A stretch of 62,870 nt of DNA, filler included, from Reclinomonas americana ATCC 50394 (taxonomy: Eukaryota), in NCBI GenBank assembly GCA_048213135.1. It is 4 parts of 2 records of this genome, joined end to end, with 100 filler letters (N's around TTAATTAATTAA, not from the genome) between each part and the next. Parts side by side here need not be neighbours in the genome. Positions count along the whole stretch, not along the records: positions 54,811 to 62,870 come from PS015209.1; 3 more parts are not named here. One strand, written 5' to 3'. Under the pieces are notes generated by a model, which was given only the letters and a program-made list of their open reading frames with translations, had not been told where the DNA came from and ran no database searches. Within the stretch, counting starts at the first letter, position 1, and each line of letters opens with the position of its first letter. Below, one piece after another: positions 62,201 through 62,870 of the stretch. Made by a program: the position numbers and the translations under genes.

Positions 62201-62870
62201 ACCACCTGCTGCTGCTGCTGCTACTGCCGCACCCATCGCTCAACCCCCACGCGAGGAGAGACCAGCAACAGCACCCGCACCGGCCCGCCCCAGACCTCAA
62301 CCCACCCCCGCCCCTGCTGTCCCTTCTACCGCCCCCTCTACCGCCCCTGCTCCCGCACTGACCGCCGCCGAGCAAGACCAGCAAGAACTTATGCGCAAGC
62401 TGGCCGAGGAGCATCGCCAGCGCCGACTGCAGGAGCAGAAGCGGGAGGAGGAGGAACGCGAGCGCCGCAAGGCCGAGCGACTGGCCAAACTCGACTCGGA
62501 TGCTCCGCCGCGAAAGGAGGACGCGGATCAGGCGTCGGCAGGCGCTCCACGACCCGGCGACGTGCGTGTGCTTCGTAATCAAGACCGCGGAGGTGCGCCG
62601 CCGCCACAACCAGCGGCACCGGCAACCACCGCACCGACGACACCACCGCACACGCACGATCGGCGGCCGCCACGTGGCCGCGGAGCCGGCTCACCTCCGT
62701 CGCCTCACAAGCATGCACCCCCCGCAGCACCAGCGCCACCAGCTTCTGCGCCACTGTACCAGCGCGGCGCAGCCCCATCGCCACAGGAGATGCAGGAGCG
62801 CGAGCGCAAGTTTGAAGAGAGCTGGCAGCGTGGTGCCGCACCGCCGGCCGCGCGTGGCAGAGGTGGTGGC
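59278..62870 (+). CDS. RGG/Pro-rich low-complexity protein, possibly PRRC2/BAT2-like; runs off the window
   Basis: RGG start, PKPFQLPPMR, SWADED, charged helix ELMRKLAEEHRQRRLQEQKREEEERERRKAERLAKLD. The family assignment is tentative. Confidence 0.5.
59661..60205 (+). repeat. Intronic tandem array, 4 units of about 140-160 bp
   Basis: GAGAG(T)CACGGTGAC..CTTGTTT...GAGACAGGTTGT recurs, with GTGAC at 59672, 59833, 59981 and 60119. Confidence 0.9.
60568..61010 (+). repeat. Intronic tandem array, 5 units of 90-93 bp
   Basis: GTGAGTGAGCAG at 60568, 60661, 60754, 60847 and 60937; a degenerate copy near 61124. Confidence 0.92.
61560..62180 (+). repeat. Degenerate intronic tandem array of alternating GT-rich and C-rich blocks
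   Basis: TGCG(T)CCCTCT...CCCTT...TTCAAATGGTGTATGTG-like blocks repeat about 4 times. Confidence 0.6.

Noticed and set aside
1-62870. Alternative genetic code or frameshifting to explain the broken ORFs
   Set aside because: The breaks examined are explained by short introns, and TAA, TAG and TGA all terminate conserved genes (RPL10, GH47, aminotransferase).

Overview
This is eukaryotic genomic DNA from a GC-rich, gene-dense, intron-rich organism, most likely a unicellular protist; the taxon cannot be fixed from the sequence alone. It is a gapped scaffold with many N-runs and three artificial TTAATTAATTAA linkers. About 22 spliced genes or gene fragments can be modelled by eye, with introns mostly 60-90 nt. 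Recognisable products are a Kv-type K+ channel, an AADAT-like PLP aminotransferase, MRT4, a 3beta-HSD/NSDHL-like SDR, a type II membrane glycosyltransferase-like protein, an NT-C2 protein, RPL10, a GH47 mannosidase, a GAF-HisKA-HATPase-REC hybrid histidine kinase, a FEX/CrcB-like fluoride exporter, a WD40 protein, NELF-B, a CENP-O-like protein, a DHU1-like LRR/WD40 protein, an RBR E3 ligase with three RING1-like repeats and a PRRC2-like protein. The most striking signal is in the splicing. More than 20 introns across about 11 genes, on both strands, use an atypical 5' splice site GTTGCG (also GTTGAG and GTTTCG). This is the window's usual donor (GTGCG/GTGAG/GTTCG) shifted by one base, and it almost always follows a non-G exon base. 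Other points of interest are GC-AG donors, microexons splitting the kinase H-box, a DosS-like heme-GAF motif, and intronic tandem arrays that begin exactly at donor sites. All gene models are manual and have no transcript support. No rRNA, tRNA, CRISPR array or intact mobile element was recognised.
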